Of a DNA stretch of 64,000 bases, positions 21,065 to 30,767 are shown one piece after another. How positions within the stretch are numbered: position 1 is the stretch's first letter; every line of letters begins with the position of its first letter. The DNA comes from Clostridia bacterium (lineage in GTDB: Bacteria > Bacillota > Clostridia > UMGS1883), in assembly GCA_051866635.1 (NCBI GenBank), contig JBJDXJ010000049.1, positions 1 to 64,000 on the forward strand, given 5' to 3'. The position numbers and the translations under genes are program-made. The notes under the pieces are model-generated. The model searched no databases, was not told where the DNA came from, and saw only the letters and a program-made list of their open reading frames with translations.

Positions 21065-21433
21065 ATGACAATTCAGGAAATTTTAAATGCAATTAAAGAA
21101 TTAAAGTTATTGGAAGTTGCTGAACTTGTAAAGGCAATGGAAGAAGAATTTGGCGTAAGTGCTGCTGCTCCCGTAGCTGTAGCTGTTGCAGGTGCTGACG
21201 CTGGTGCAGCTGCTGCTGAAAAGACAGAATTTGACGTTGTACTTGCTGATGCAGGTGCTGAAAAGATTAAGGTTGTTAAGGTTGTTAAGGACCTTACAGG
21301 TCTTGGTCTTAAGGAAGCTAAGGCAGCTGTTGACGGTGCTCCTACAACTCTTAAGGAAGGCATCTCTAAGGACGACGCTGAAAAGATTAAGGCTGACCTT
21401 GAAGCTGTTGGCGCAAAGGTTGAAATTAAGTAA
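21065..21433 (+). CDS. rplL: 50S ribosomal protein L7/L12
   Basis: [16 protein letters not shown] and GLGLKEAK. Confidence 0.98.
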   Translation: MTIQEILNAIKELKLLEVAELVKAMEEEFGVSAAAPVAVAVAGADAGAAAAEKTEFDVVLADAGAEKIKVVKVVKDLTGLGLKEAKAAVDGAPTTLKEGISKDDAEKIKADLEAVGAKVEIK

Positions 21434-21547
21434 TTTAACTTTTCCGTACTTAAAAGGACGAGCATTTGCTCGTCCTTTTTGAGTTGTGAGGAATATTCGT
21501 TGTGCAAAAAATTATTAATTTTCTATGGTAAATTTTCTAAAAAAAGA

Positions 21548-21576
21548 TTGACATTTGCCTTTTTATAGTGTATACT
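21548..21576 (+). promoter_or_regulatory. Promoter of tRNA-Trp
   Basis: TTGACA-17-TATACT. Confidence 0.8.
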
Positions 21577-21603
21577 AATCCAAGTGGAAAACAGAATAAA
21601 CAC

Positions 21604-21679
21604 AGGGGTATAGTTCAGTTGGTAGAATAACGGTCTCCAAAACCGCAGGTCGTGGGTTCAAGTCCTACTGCCCCTGCCA
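21604..21679 (+). tRNA. tRNA-Trp(CCA)
   Basis: Acceptor AGGGGTA/TGCCCCT, anticodon loop CTCCAAA, GGTTCAAGTCC T-arm, encoded CCA. Confidence 0.95.
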
Positions 21680-21893
21680 CAAACAAAAGCACGCTCAAAA
21701 GAGCGTGTTTTTTGTTTGTGTGTAGGTTTTAGGCAGTGGACTTGAACCCTAAGAGGGCACGAGCCGTTAAGCAAAACAGTCCGGTGGACTGTTTTGTAGG
21801 TGAGTGGTGCGTAATCAGCAGCTCGGTGCCAAGCCGAGGGCTGATAAGCAGGCAGGGCTTGCAAAGCAAGACTGTGTCCTACTGCCCCTGCCA
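21680..21893. mobile_element. 214-bp gene-less insert at the tRNA-Trp 3' end with an 18-bp att-like direct repeat
   Basis: gtcctactgcccctgcca at 21662-21679 and again at 21876-21893. Confidence 0.75.
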
Positions 21894-22030
21894 AGAAAAA
21901 AGCAGTTCGCAATGAACTGCTTTTTTCAACGATATAAATCCTATCGGATTTGTGAAATACGCTTCCCGTGTGAAATGTTGCTGTGCAACGTGAAATGTGC
22001 CTTACGGCACGTGGATTTATTTCATATCAA
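21894..22030 (+). repeat. tRNA-fused hairpin-ladder element, partial copy (right half deleted)
   Basis: Colinear with 11296-11430, with compensatory changes in the hairpins. Confidence 0.75.
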
Positions 22031-22152
22031 GCAAGGTGAGATATTCCAAACATAAAAATAGAGAAGCACTTCATTTGAGGTGCTTTTTGTATTGTAAATC
22101 ACTTGATTTTATGATATACTGTAAATACGAAAAGTTTGAGAGGGTGAGACTT

Positions 22153-22320
22153 ATGTCAACAGATAAGGCTATTGAAAATGCAATTGCTTCTGTAAAGATG
22201 GAAGGCTATCAGATTGATGGCGAATGTGTTGGATGGTGTAAAAAACTTATGGAAAAAGAAATAAGTATGGAAGAGTATATTGCCCTTGTAAAACAAAAAT
22301 CAGGTGTGATTGTTCAATGA
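22153..22320 (+). CDS. VbhA-family antitoxin of a Fic toxin
   Basis: Inhibitory motif SVKMEG ((S/T)xxxE(G/N)); ATGA overlap with the Fic gene. Confidence 0.85.
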   Translation: MSTDKAIENAIASVKMEGYQIDGECVGWCKKLMEKEISMEEYIALVKQKSGVIVQ

Positions 22321-22913
22321 GTTACAGTGTAGATTCAGTTATGGATAATTGTTATGAGGGTACAACATGCCTTGTAAACAAACTTGATATTCGTGATGAA
22401 AAACAGTTGGCGGTTATGGAATCACATATTACACTTGCCAAAATTTCAATACTTCAGCAAAATCCCATTATGGGAAATTTTGATTTTGAGCATTACAAAG
22501 CAATTCATAAATTTATATTTGAAGATTTGTATGATTGGGCAGGAGTTCCCCGAACAGTTGACATTTCCAAGAAAGGTACTTCGTTTGTGAATGCAGAAAA
22601 CATAGACGAAATAGCAACAGCTTGCTTTGAACGGCTAAAAAAACAAAACTATTTTAAAAATCTTGGTATTGATGATTTTGTTGACAATTTAACAGATTTT
22701 TATTGCGTGACAAACGCCTTGCATCCCTTCAGAGAAGGCAACGGAAGAACTCAGAGAGTCTTTCTGTCACAACTTGCACTAAACGCCGGTTATGAATTGG
22801 ATTTTTCAAATGCAGATACAGATTTCTTGATGATTGCAACTATTCAGGCGGCACATGGAATTGATGTACATTTAAAAAATGCACTTAGAAAAATCATTGC
22901 TCAAATTGAATAA
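22317..22913 (+). CDS. Fic-family (FicT/VbhT-like) AMPylase toxin
   Basis: Canonical HPFREGNGRTQR motif; IHKFIFEDLYDWAG. Confidence 0.92.
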   Translation: MSYSVDSVMDNCYEGTTCLVNKLDIRDEKQLAVMESHITLAKISILQQNPIMGNFDFEHYKAIHKFIFEDLYDWAGVPRTVDISKKGTSFVNAENIDEIATACFERLKKQNYFKNLGIDDFVDNLTDFYCVTNALHPFREGNGRTQRVFLSQLALNAGYELDFSNADTDFLMIATIQAAHGIDVHLKNALRKIIAQIE

Positions 22914-23022
22914 TTTGATAAAGTAGGATACTTGAAAAAAAGCTGTGATAAAGTGTTTTTTTATCGGGTTGTCCACGCATAATACTCCTCTTTATGTAAA
23001 TACTACTTTTGAGGTGATAAAT

Positions 23023-23286
23023 GTGGCTAAACAGGGTATGAAAAGACCATCGGTAACCCATACAAAGCCGAAAAACGAACTGCCACCCGTTCCCGAAATA
23101 CAAGGTAAAGCAAAATCGGGAAAAGAAAAGGCAAAGCCTATAATTGCAGGTACTGATTCATCAAATCAGAAGGTTTATCACAGTAAGCCAAAGGAAAAGG
23201 AGAACCCATATTCCGTGTTTGATACTTCCCTTGCGGAAGATAACCTTGAAAATAACCTTCCAAAGGCGGATTTACAGGATTTATAA
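23023..23286 (+). CDS. Hypothetical hydrophilic protein (MAKQGMKRP...)
   Basis: GAGGTG RBS + GTG start; downstream terminator hairpin. Confidence 0.6.
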   Translation: MAKQGMKRPSVTHTKPKNELPPVPEIQGKAKSGKEKAKPIIAGTDSSNQKVYHSKPKEKENPYSVFDTSLAEDNLENNLPKADLQDL

Positions 23287-23387
23287 AAAGAACACAAAGA
23301 GCAAGTGCACCTGTCTTAGCGCACTTGCTTTTGTGTTGCAGGGAAATATGGTTCTATAATAACGACAGTTTGCAGATAAAGGGCGAT

Positions 23388-23627
23388 TTACGGCTTTTTT
23401 TGATAGGGTTCCTTTTCGTCGGTTAATCCGGCAAGATAATCCATACTGGTACCGAGAGCAATGGCTATGCGCTTGCACTGCTCAAAGGTGTAATATCTTT
23501 TGCCATTTTCAAGTTTGGAGTAGTCGCTTTGGTCAATACCTGTTAAATGTTGCATCTTAATCTGCGTAAATCCTTTTTCTTTTCTAAGGTTTTTTAATCT
23601 TTCACATAAATTCATCTTCATCACCAA
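23388..23627 (-). CDS. XRE-family HTH transcriptional regulator
   Basis: RLKNLRKEKGFTQ...YSKLENG...SMDYLAGLTD. Confidence 0.9.
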   Translation of the reverse strand: MVMKMNLCERLKNLRKEKGFTQIKMQHLTGIDQSDYSKLENGKRYYTFEQCKRIAIALGTSMDYLAGLTDEKEPYQKKP

Positions 23628-23636
23628 TATAATTAT

Positions 23637-23676
23637 GTCAAATTGACCTATTTAAAATAGGGTCAAATTGACCTAT
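23637..23676. promoter_or_regulatory. Tandem palindromic operator (2x gtcaaattgacctat)
   Basis: Two copies of the palindrome GTCAAATTGAC 25 bp apart, directly upstream of the XRE gene. Confidence 0.65.
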
Positions 23677-23866
23677 AAATTATATTTGAGGTGATATTAT
23701 GGAATTATACCAAGCAATTATACAGAATTTGCTGTGCCTTTTTGCCGTATTAGTAATCTTTGCAACAAAAATATTTACAACATACAGCATAAATTTTTTG
23801 ACAAATAACATCAGGTTGTGTTATAATAATCCCAATTAGTTTAATTCTTAGCAGAAGGTGATTATA

Positions 23867-24844
23867 ATGGGTAAAAGAAAAGGTAATTTGATGAGCGTCC
23901 GTGACGATATTAAGGTTTTGGATGCAACAATACGTGACGGCGGTTTATGTAACAATTTTGAATTTACAGACGAGTTCGTCCGTGAGCTTTATAAGGCAAA
24001 CGTAAAAGCGGGCGTTGACTATATGGAATTTGGTTACAAGGCAAGCAAGAACATGTTTAACGAATCGGAATTCGGCAAGTGGAAATTCTGTAAGGAGGAA
24101 GATATTCGTGCCATTGTGGGCGAAAATAATTCCGACATGAAGATTGCTGTTATGGCAGATGTGGGCAGATGTGATTTTAAGACAGACTTTTTGCCCAAGA
24201 GCGAAAGCGTAATCGATATGGTCAGAGTTGCCTGCTATATTCATCAGATTCCTGCGGCAATTGAAATGATTGAATATTTCCATGAATTAGGCTACGAAAC
24301 AACATGTAATATTATGGCTATTTCCCAGGTTTCCACAGAACAGGTTATTCAGGCTTTGGAAACACTTAACACAAGTCAGGTTGATGTTATTTACCTTGTG
24401 GATTCTTTCGGTTCACTTTATCCTGAAAATGCGGGAGAGCTTGCAAAGATTTACTACGAAATTGCAGAAAAGGCAGGTAAGAAGGTTGGCTTCCACGCAC
24501 ATAACAACCAAAATCTTGCTTTTGCAAACACAATAGAAACACTTTCATACGGTTTCAGCTACCTTGACGTAACTGTTCAGGGTATGGGCAGAGGTGCAGG
24601 TAACTGTGCAAGCGAACTTTTAATCGGATTTTTGAAAAATCCTAAGTACAACCTTTACCACATTCTTGTATTTATCGAAAAGTATATGTATGCACTTAGG
24701 GAATCAGGCGTTAAGTGGGGTTACGACCTTTCATATATGTTCACAGGCTTACTTAACCGTCACCCCAGAGAAGCCATTGCCTTTTCTTCAAGTGACAGAA
24801 AGGACTACTCTAATTTCTATAAGGAACTTTTGGAAAACGACTAA
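23867..24844 (+). CDS. DRE-TIM / HMGL-like aldolase (4-hydroxy-2-oxovalerate aldolase-like)
   Basis: DATIRDGG, VDSFGS, GFHAHNN and GMGRGAGN. Confidence 0.85.
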   Translation: MGKRKGNLMSVRDDIKVLDATIRDGGLCNNFEFTDEFVRELYKANVKAGVDYMEFGYKASKNMFNESEFGKWKFCKEEDIRAIVGENNSDMKIAVMADVGRCDFKTDFLPKSESVIDMVRVACYIHQIPAAIEMIEYFHELGYETTCNIMAISQVSTEQVIQALETLNTSQVDVIYLVDSFGSLYPENAGELAKIYYEIAEKAGKKVGFHAHNNQNLAFANTIETLSYGFSYLDVTVQGMGRGAGNCASELLIGFLKNPKYNLYHILVFIEKYMYALRESGVKWGYDLSYMFTGLLNRHPREAIAFSSSDRKDYSNFYKELLEND

Positions 24845-25006
24845 AAAAACAAAAGGGGCTGTTGCAAATTAATGCAACAGCTCTTTTCAGATTGGCAATA
24901 AACTAAATTTTAAAGTCGCAAGGATTGATATAGCAAAATAAATAATTATTCATCATTCATTCTTCATTATTAACTGACTAAAAAAGTACGCAGTTCACTT
25001 TTTTAG

Positions 25007-25867
25007 TCAGCTTAAATATTTATATAATTCAGGCAGTAATTTTTCTGCGGTTTCGTACCCTTCCGTATACATTGCACGGATTTTTTCGGGGCTTTTATCG
25101 GTTCTTCCCCAAGAAGATGTATCACAGGGTGCAATCCAGAAAATTTTACCCTCTTTTTCAAGATTGATGAGATTTTGATGCACCTTATTATAAAGCTTAG
25201 CACGGTTTTTAAGAAGATAGGATAATTTGGGGTATTTTTTGTATATCTTAGCGGAAATTGCTGCACCTTTGTCGCCCTCTTTGACATAGCTTTTTTCACG
25301 GGTGGTTATAACTATAATTTTGTCGCACCCTTCGTCCATTGCTTTATCAACAGGAACGGAGTCGGCTATGCCGCCGTCAAGGTACTTCTTACCTTCAATT
25401 TCCACAGGCTGAAACAAAATCGGCAAGGCACAGGAGGCTACAAGTGTTTTCCAGGTCTTGTCATTGGCGGGGACCAACATAAATTCAATTTCGCCCGTTT
25501 CTATATTTGTTACCCCGGCAAAAGCCTTGCCCTTGCCTGATGCATAAGTATCACAATCATAAGGGTAGTGAGTTTGTGGAATTTCGCTGAAAACGAAGTC
25601 TATGTTATAATAGCTTTTGTTTTTTGGGTCAAAAAGGTGCTTAATGCCCATATAACGCTTATCGGAGGTATACTTTTCCGCAATTTCAACAGCTCTGCCC
25701 TTTTGCTTTGACAGATAACTCATAGCGTTGGATATGCCCGCACTTACGCCTACAACCACATCAGCTTCAATATTATTGTCTAAAAAACAGTCCATCACAC
25801 CGGCCGAGAAAATAGCACGGCTTGCACCGCCCTCAAGAACTAATCCTAATTTCATTTCAATCACCAT
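25007..25867 (-). CDS. Patatin-like phospholipase
   Basis: LVLEGGASR, GVSAG and DGG motifs. Confidence 0.9.
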   Translation of the reverse strand: MVIEMKLGLVLEGGASRAIFSAGVMDCFLDNNIEADVVVGVSAGISNAMSYLSKQKGRAVEIAEKYTSDKRYMGIKHLFDPKNKSYYNIDFVFSEIPQTHYPYDCDTYASGKGKAFAGVTNIETGEIEFMLVPANDKTWKTLVASCALPILFQPVEIEGKKYLDGGIADSVPVDKAMDEGCDKIIVITTREKSYVKEGDKGAAISAKIYKKYPKLSYLLKNRAKLYNKVHQNLINLEKEGKIFWIAPCDTSSWGRTDKSPEKIRAMYTEGYETAEKLLPELYKYLS

Positions 25868-26103
25868 GTATATTTTAATTATAAAATTTTGCTTTGTAAA
25901 GTATATTTTGATAAGTTTACAAAAAATTTATGCGGCTGTAAAAAAGTCTCTAAAGAAATAAGTTAGACCATTTGGGACAGTCCCCATTATGGCAAATTGG
26001 GAGACAATTTGCCAAAGAAACCTCTAACGGTTTTGTTGGGACAGTCCCGAAATGGTCTTTTTTTAAAATTCCCCTCCCCATAAATTTAGGGGAGGGGCTA
26101 TGT

Positions 26104-29100
26104 TTACTTACCTAAGATTTTAACCTCCTGTAACTGTGCAGGATAGAAGTTAGTTTCGCTGCTTCTGGGTTTTGCATTTGTAACTGTAAGGCGGACATAT
26201 CTTCCGTAGCCTGAAAGATTGTCAACCGTAAAGCCGTAATCTGTGTAACCTTCTGTCCTGTCAAGAACTGTCACATAGTTTTCGCCGTCAAGGCTTGCTT
26301 CAAGTTTATAGCTGTAGTAAGGCTCGCTTCCGTTCCAGATAAGCCATGAAATCTGAAGCTGTGTAAGTGCAGAGACCTTGCCAAGGTCAGCTTCCCATGT
26401 ATAGGGCCATGTGTTTTCTTCCTTATACCAGCTTGTGCGGTAACCACCGTCATTAGCCTTGTTGCCTATGGCGTAGCCTATGGTATCTTCTGTCTTTACA
26501 GGAACATCCTGAGAAAGAATTCTGCCTGTCTGGACAGGTACGAGAACATCATTTTCCCAGTTGTATAAAAGTGCGTCAAAGAAATCGTAAAATGCATATC
26601 CGTTGGAAACAGATACAGGATAGCGACGGTTTGTAGTCTGCTTCGTTGTGGCATCCTGCCAACCGAACATCCAGCGGTATGTACTCATAATGTGGTTATC
26701 GCCACCTTCATGAAGGGTAAACATTGTACCTGACTGAGCAGAGAATGTTGTGGTGTTGCCAACATACTTAAGCTCTGACCATGGTCCTCCCATATCCTTT
26801 GCGGTGCTGAACATACCCTGAGTGGGATACCAACCTGCTGTACCGGAGGAGAACAGGTAATACACACCGTCCTTCTTAAGAACGCTGGGAAGCTCACGCC
26901 ATTTATACTGGCTCACATAGCAAAGTCTGCCTTCAATTTCGGACCAGTCCTCGCTAAGCTTATATATTGCAAGGTTTGCATTGTTGTTGGCAGCGGCAAT
27001 AATATAGCCGGAGGAATCCTCGTCAACGAACACATTAAGGTCACGGCAGTCGTCACCTTCGGGACGGTATGCACCGTGGAACACCATTCTTTCATCATCG
27101 GGGCTCATGGTTGCAAGGGAAATCATCGCCGTGCCGTAGCCGCCGTCAGCTTCAAAATGAGCTATAAAAGCAAATTTGTCAGCCTTGGAGTTATATACAA
27201 AGTTCACACTTTCAAATCGGCACTGTGTGAAGTTTTGGCATGTTTCATGTGCAAGAATTTCGTCATAACGAAGAACCTCTTTCCATTCTGTGTATGTAAC
27301 ATCATCGGTGGAGGTCTGCATCATAACTCTGCCAAAGCCTGATACACCGTCAATGCCCCACTGTTGGAAATGGTAGTATGTGCCGTCGTTATCACGGAGG
27401 GTATTTGGTCTTTTTACATCCGAAACGTCAAGGTTTGTGCTTTCAGAAAGGTCCGCAGGAAGCTCATAGGGAACTACCGCATCTGTAATTGCATAGTCAA
27501 TCATTGTATCATTTTCGATTGCATATACGGCATAACGGTATTCTGCACCTAACTTTAAGTCATAATCGTCCACAGTCTGACCTTTGGAGGAGGTTAAAAA
27601 TTCAAATTCGCCACCATCCATACTGCGGTAAATGTCGTAATGTGTTGCACCGGAAACAACCGTCCACTGAACTTTGGCACTTGTAACGTTGTCCTCGCCT
27701 CGGATAAGGAAAAGCTGAGAGACTGCACCAATCATCTTCTTGTCACTTTCGCCCTTGTCCTCCAATGTGAAAATCTGGCTGTCATCGTCACGTTCAGTGT
27801 ACTGTGCAAAAGTGTCGTTTTCTGTAAGAGTAAGGTACAAATCTGAAACAACGCACTTTATTTTATATGTGCCGTCACCTAAGTCAATAAGGCGGAACAC
27901 CTGATTTGTACCGTAGTTTGCCGAATACTGAATAATTTCCAAACCTTCGTCTTTTCTGCCGTTAGGCACGTCAAAGCACTGAAGGGAAACCATGTTCGCA
28001 ATTGAATACTTGCTGTCACCTAAGGACACGAATGCCCACACATTTGTATCTTCGTCTGTATCTTCAAGGGGACGAAGAAGGGCGTTTGTATTGATTGCAT
28101 CTTTCGGAACGCCGATTACCTTGCCTGAAGATTTATGCTTGATTTCGTAATATCTTCCGCCGAATGTATCTATGGCGTAGGTTTTCACACTGCAAGGTGC
28201 ATCGGATAAAGAAAACTGCTGTGATGTATCGCCACGGTAAATTGTTTCTGTTAATTTGCCGTTTATTTCTGTAAGATAACAGTCCGTTCCCTTACAACGG
28301 ATGTAGTAATTGCCGTTTTCAGCTTCTTCAAAAGCGAAAATCTGTACGCTACTTCCAACTGATTCAGTCTGCTTTATTACAGCACCTGCACCTAACCCTG
28401 TAAGAGAAAGGGAAGAATCCTTGCCTGTGATTATGTATTCCTTATCACCAACTGATGAAAGGCACCAAGCCTGGCTGTCAGTTTCGGCATTTTCAGCCAA
28501 TATCACCTTAGCGTTTTCTTCCTTGGAGCCTTCCACGCTCCAGTATCTGCCTGTTGCAACGTTTGCTATTGCAAAGAACTTGCCGTTTAACATGTCAGCC
28601 TTTTCAATTTCAACTTTTTCATCTTCCGATTCTGAATTCATAACGATTTCGCAAAGCTCAAAATCGTCACGTTCTTTGTCATATTCATTATACTGTGCAA
28701 CTACATTTCTTTCGTTTGCACCCAAATACATCATAGAGTGATGCATAAGAAGATGGTATGTACCGTCACCGTTGTCAATAGGGTGAATCCACTGGTTTGT
28801 ACCTTCTGTGTTTCCATACTGAATAAGCTCTAACCCTTCATCGCTTCTCCAGTTGGGCATATCCATACTTCTGAGGCTTTTTTGGTTAACGGGACGGTAA
28901 AGGTTATCGCCACGTGTTGAAAACTGCCAGATTTGAGAAAGGTTGCCTTCTTCATATTCTGTAAGAACAATCACAGGACCGTCTGTTGTAGCACCGCCCT
29001 CGGGCATCATAACAAGACCTGTTTTCTTATGGCGTATAACATAGTATTTACCGTGAAGAAGCGGTACCGAAAGATTAAGGGTATTGGTGTCTTCTTCCCA

Positions 29101-29475
29101 TGTGTATGTCACATTGAAAATTGAAAGTGCATCAACGGGCATATATGAATAGTCATTTCTTATTATGTTTTCCGTAGATATGGACTTTTTCATATTGTCC
29201 TGTTTAACCCATTTCTTTCCTATGGGAACAGTTACATTAAGCGTACTGCCCACTGCCAAAACACATCTTTCATCGTTGTCCCAGCGTGCTTCTAGCTGTA
29301 ATGCATCAGACACACACTTTACGGGAACATAAAGTGTGTCACCCTCTTTAAAAAGGGGGAGGGCAAAATCAGCATTTTCACCGTTTACGGTTACTCCAAT
29401 TTCTTCCTGTGCCATTACAGGCACTAAAGAAAGCATCATAACTGCCACAATGAATAAACATAAAAACTTTTTCAT
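26104..29475 (-). CDS. Secreted modular GH43 glycoside hydrolase (CuAO N-terminal domain, ricin-B lectin repeats, GH43, F5/8C)
   Basis: Signal peptide; QxW/QxF ricin repeats; DCRDLNVFVDED, RELPSVLKKDGVYYLFSSGTAGW and TTFSAQS resemble GH43_24 beta-1,3-galactanases. Confidence 0.8.
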   Translation of the reverse strand: MKKFLCLFIVAVMMLSLVPVMAQEEIGVTVNGENADFALPLFKEGDTLYVPVKCVSDALQLEARWDNDERCVLAVGSTLNVTVPIGKKWVKQDNMKKSISTENIIRNDYSYMPVDALSIFNVTYTWEEDTNTLNLSVPLLHGKYYVIRHKKTGLVMMPEGGATTDGPVIVLTEYEEGNLSQIWQFSTRGDNLYRPVNQKSLRSMDMPNWRSDEGLELIQYGNTEGTNQWIHPIDNGDGTYHLLMHHSMMYLGANERNVVAQYNEYDKERDDFELCEIVMNSESEDEKVEIEKADMLNGKFFAIANVATGRYWSVEGSKEENAKVILAENAETDSQAWCLSSVGDKEYIITGKDSSLSLTGLGAGAVIKQTESVGSSVQIFAFEEAENGNYYIRCKGTDCYLTEINGKLTETIYRGDTSQQFSLSDAPCSVKTYAIDTFGGRYYEIKHKSSGKVIGVPKDAINTNALLRPLEDTDEDTNVWAFVSLGDSKYSIANMVSLQCFDVPNGRKDEGLEIIQYSANYGTNQVFRLIDLGDGTYKIKCVVSDLYLTLTENDTFAQYTERDDDSQIFTLEDKGESDKKMIGAVSQLFLIRGEDNVTSAKVQWTVVSGATHYDIYRSMDGGEFEFLTSSKGQTVDDYDLKLGAEYRYAVYAIENDTMIDYAITDAVVPYELPADLSESTNLDVSDVKRPNTLRDNDGTYYHFQQWGIDGVSGFGRVMMQTSTDDVTYTEWKEVLRYDEILAHETCQNFTQCRFESVNFVYNSKADKFAFIAHFEADGGYGTAMISLATMSPDDERMVFHGAYRPEGDDCRDLNVFVDEDSSGYIIAAANNNANLAIYKLSEDWSEIEGRLCYVSQYKWRELPSVLKKDGVYYLFSSGTAGWYPTQGMFSTAKDMGGPWSELKYVGNTTTFSAQSGTMFTLHEGGDNHIMSTYRWMFGWQDATTKQTTNRRYPVSVSNGYAFYDFFDALLYNWENDVLVPVQTGRILSQDVPVKTEDTIGYAIGNKANDGGYRTSWYKEENTWPYTWEADLGKVSALTQLQISWLIWNGSEPYYSYKLEASLDGENYVTVLDRTEGYTDYGFTVDNLSGYGRYVRLTVTNAKPRSSETNFYPAQLQEVKILGK

Positions 29476-29583
29476 CCTACCAACTCCTAGTATATTTATA
29501 CTTTTATACTACCATTTTTTTATTTATTAATCAATAGAGAACATTTAAATTTCACAAAACAAAAAACGCCTTTTAGGCGTTTT

Positions 29584-29813
29584 AGACTGTCGATAAACTT
29601 ATTTTTATTCAATCGCAAAGGGTTCGGGAAAGAAGGTTTCCCGAATAAAATAGGCAGGGTAATCGTATTGCCCTGCCGAAAGTGGCGATTTTAGGGGGTC
29701 AAAGACCCCTTGCACGAGAAATTGCCACTTTGTTCATTAGAAAAAATACAGACCTCAAAGTTCTGAAGGACATTGCCTGCCTTTGAGGTCGCATGTCGAC
29801 ATTTCGACACGCT
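29584..29813. mobile_element. MITE-like structured repeat, copy 1 (overlaps the trxB 3' end)
   Basis: Near-identical to 56563-56786; imperfect terminal inverted repeats (tgtcga/tcgaca). Confidence 0.75.
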
Positions 29814-30729
29814 CATTCATATTTACATATTTTGCCGCTTCTTCCCCTGCAACAGCACCATCACTGACTGCTGTTATAACTTGTCTTAAGGGCTTTTTCC
29901 GTATATCCCCTGCGGCAAAAACACCGCTTATATTGGTTCTCATGGCTTCGTCCGTTATAATAAAGCCGTAATCGTCCAAATTGACAACAGTGCGTACAAG
30001 CTCTGTTGACGGCGTGATACCCACGGCAACAAAAAGTGCATCTGTTTCGATAATCCTCTCTTCACTATTTTGGTTTACAACTGCTATGCCCTGAACACAA
30101 TCTTTCCCCAAAACCTTTGTCACTTTGGAATTCATTACAAATTCCACATTGCCAACATTTGAAAGCCTTTCCGTTAAAACAGGCGATGCACGGAACTCAT
30201 CCCTTCGGTGGATTATATACACCTTTTTTGCAATGGCTGACAAATAGAGTGCATCCTCCACCGCTGTGTTACCGCCCCCTGCAACACATACGGTTTTGCC
30301 CTTAAAAAACATACCGTCACATGTTGCACAGTAGCTTACGCCCTTGCCTGAAAATTCCGCTTCCCCGGGAATATTTAAACGGGCAGGCGTAGCACCCATG
30401 GCTAAAATGACGCTTTTTGCCTCAAACTCCTTTTTGGCTGTAATTATTTTTTTAACAGGCGTAGTTAACTGAAGCTCTTTTACATCGCTGTATTTAAAAC
30501 TTACATTAAAGGAAGAAACATGGTCTGCCATTTTTTGTGCAAGAGAGCTTCCCGAAGGTGAGTTGTTAAACCCCAAATAATTATCAATTTCAAATGTGGT
30601 GGCTGCTTGTCCGCCCACGAACTTTTTTTCAAATATTGTACAATCCATACCACTTCTTGCACAGTAAAGTGCACTGCCCAATGCGGCAGGACCGCCACCT
30701 ATAATTGCAACATCTATCATGAATAACAA
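29755..30729 (-). CDS. trxB: Thioredoxin-disulfide reductase
   Basis: IIGGGPA, GVSYCATCDG, GGGNTAVE and GVFAAGD. Confidence 0.95.
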   Translation of the reverse strand: MLFMIDVAIIGGGPAALGSALYCARSGMDCTIFEKKFVGGQAATTFEIDNYLGFNNSPSGSSLAQKMADHVSSFNVSFKYSDVKELQLTTPVKKIITAKKEFEAKSVILAMGATPARLNIPGEAEFSGKGVSYCATCDGMFFKGKTVCVAGGGNTAVEDALYLSAIAKKVYIIHRRDEFRASPVLTERLSNVGNVEFVMNSKVTKVLGKDCVQGIAVVNQNSEERIIETDALFVAVGITPSTELVRTVVNLDDYGFIITDEAMRTNISGVFAAGDIRKKPLRQVITAVSDGAVAGEEAAKYVNMNERVEMSTCDLKGRQCPSEL

Positions 30730-30767
30730 CTCCTTTTGCTATATTTTAATATAGCAATTCCCCTTTG

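Noticed and set aside
19054-21507. Long antisense ORFs over the ribosomal protein genes (and similarly over the S-layer gene)
   Set aside because: Shadow frames produced by strong codon bias; no RBS or recognisable domains
21658-22055. ORFs across the tRNA-Trp insert
   Set aside because: They overlap the tRNA and structured repeats, with no RBS or protein-like composition
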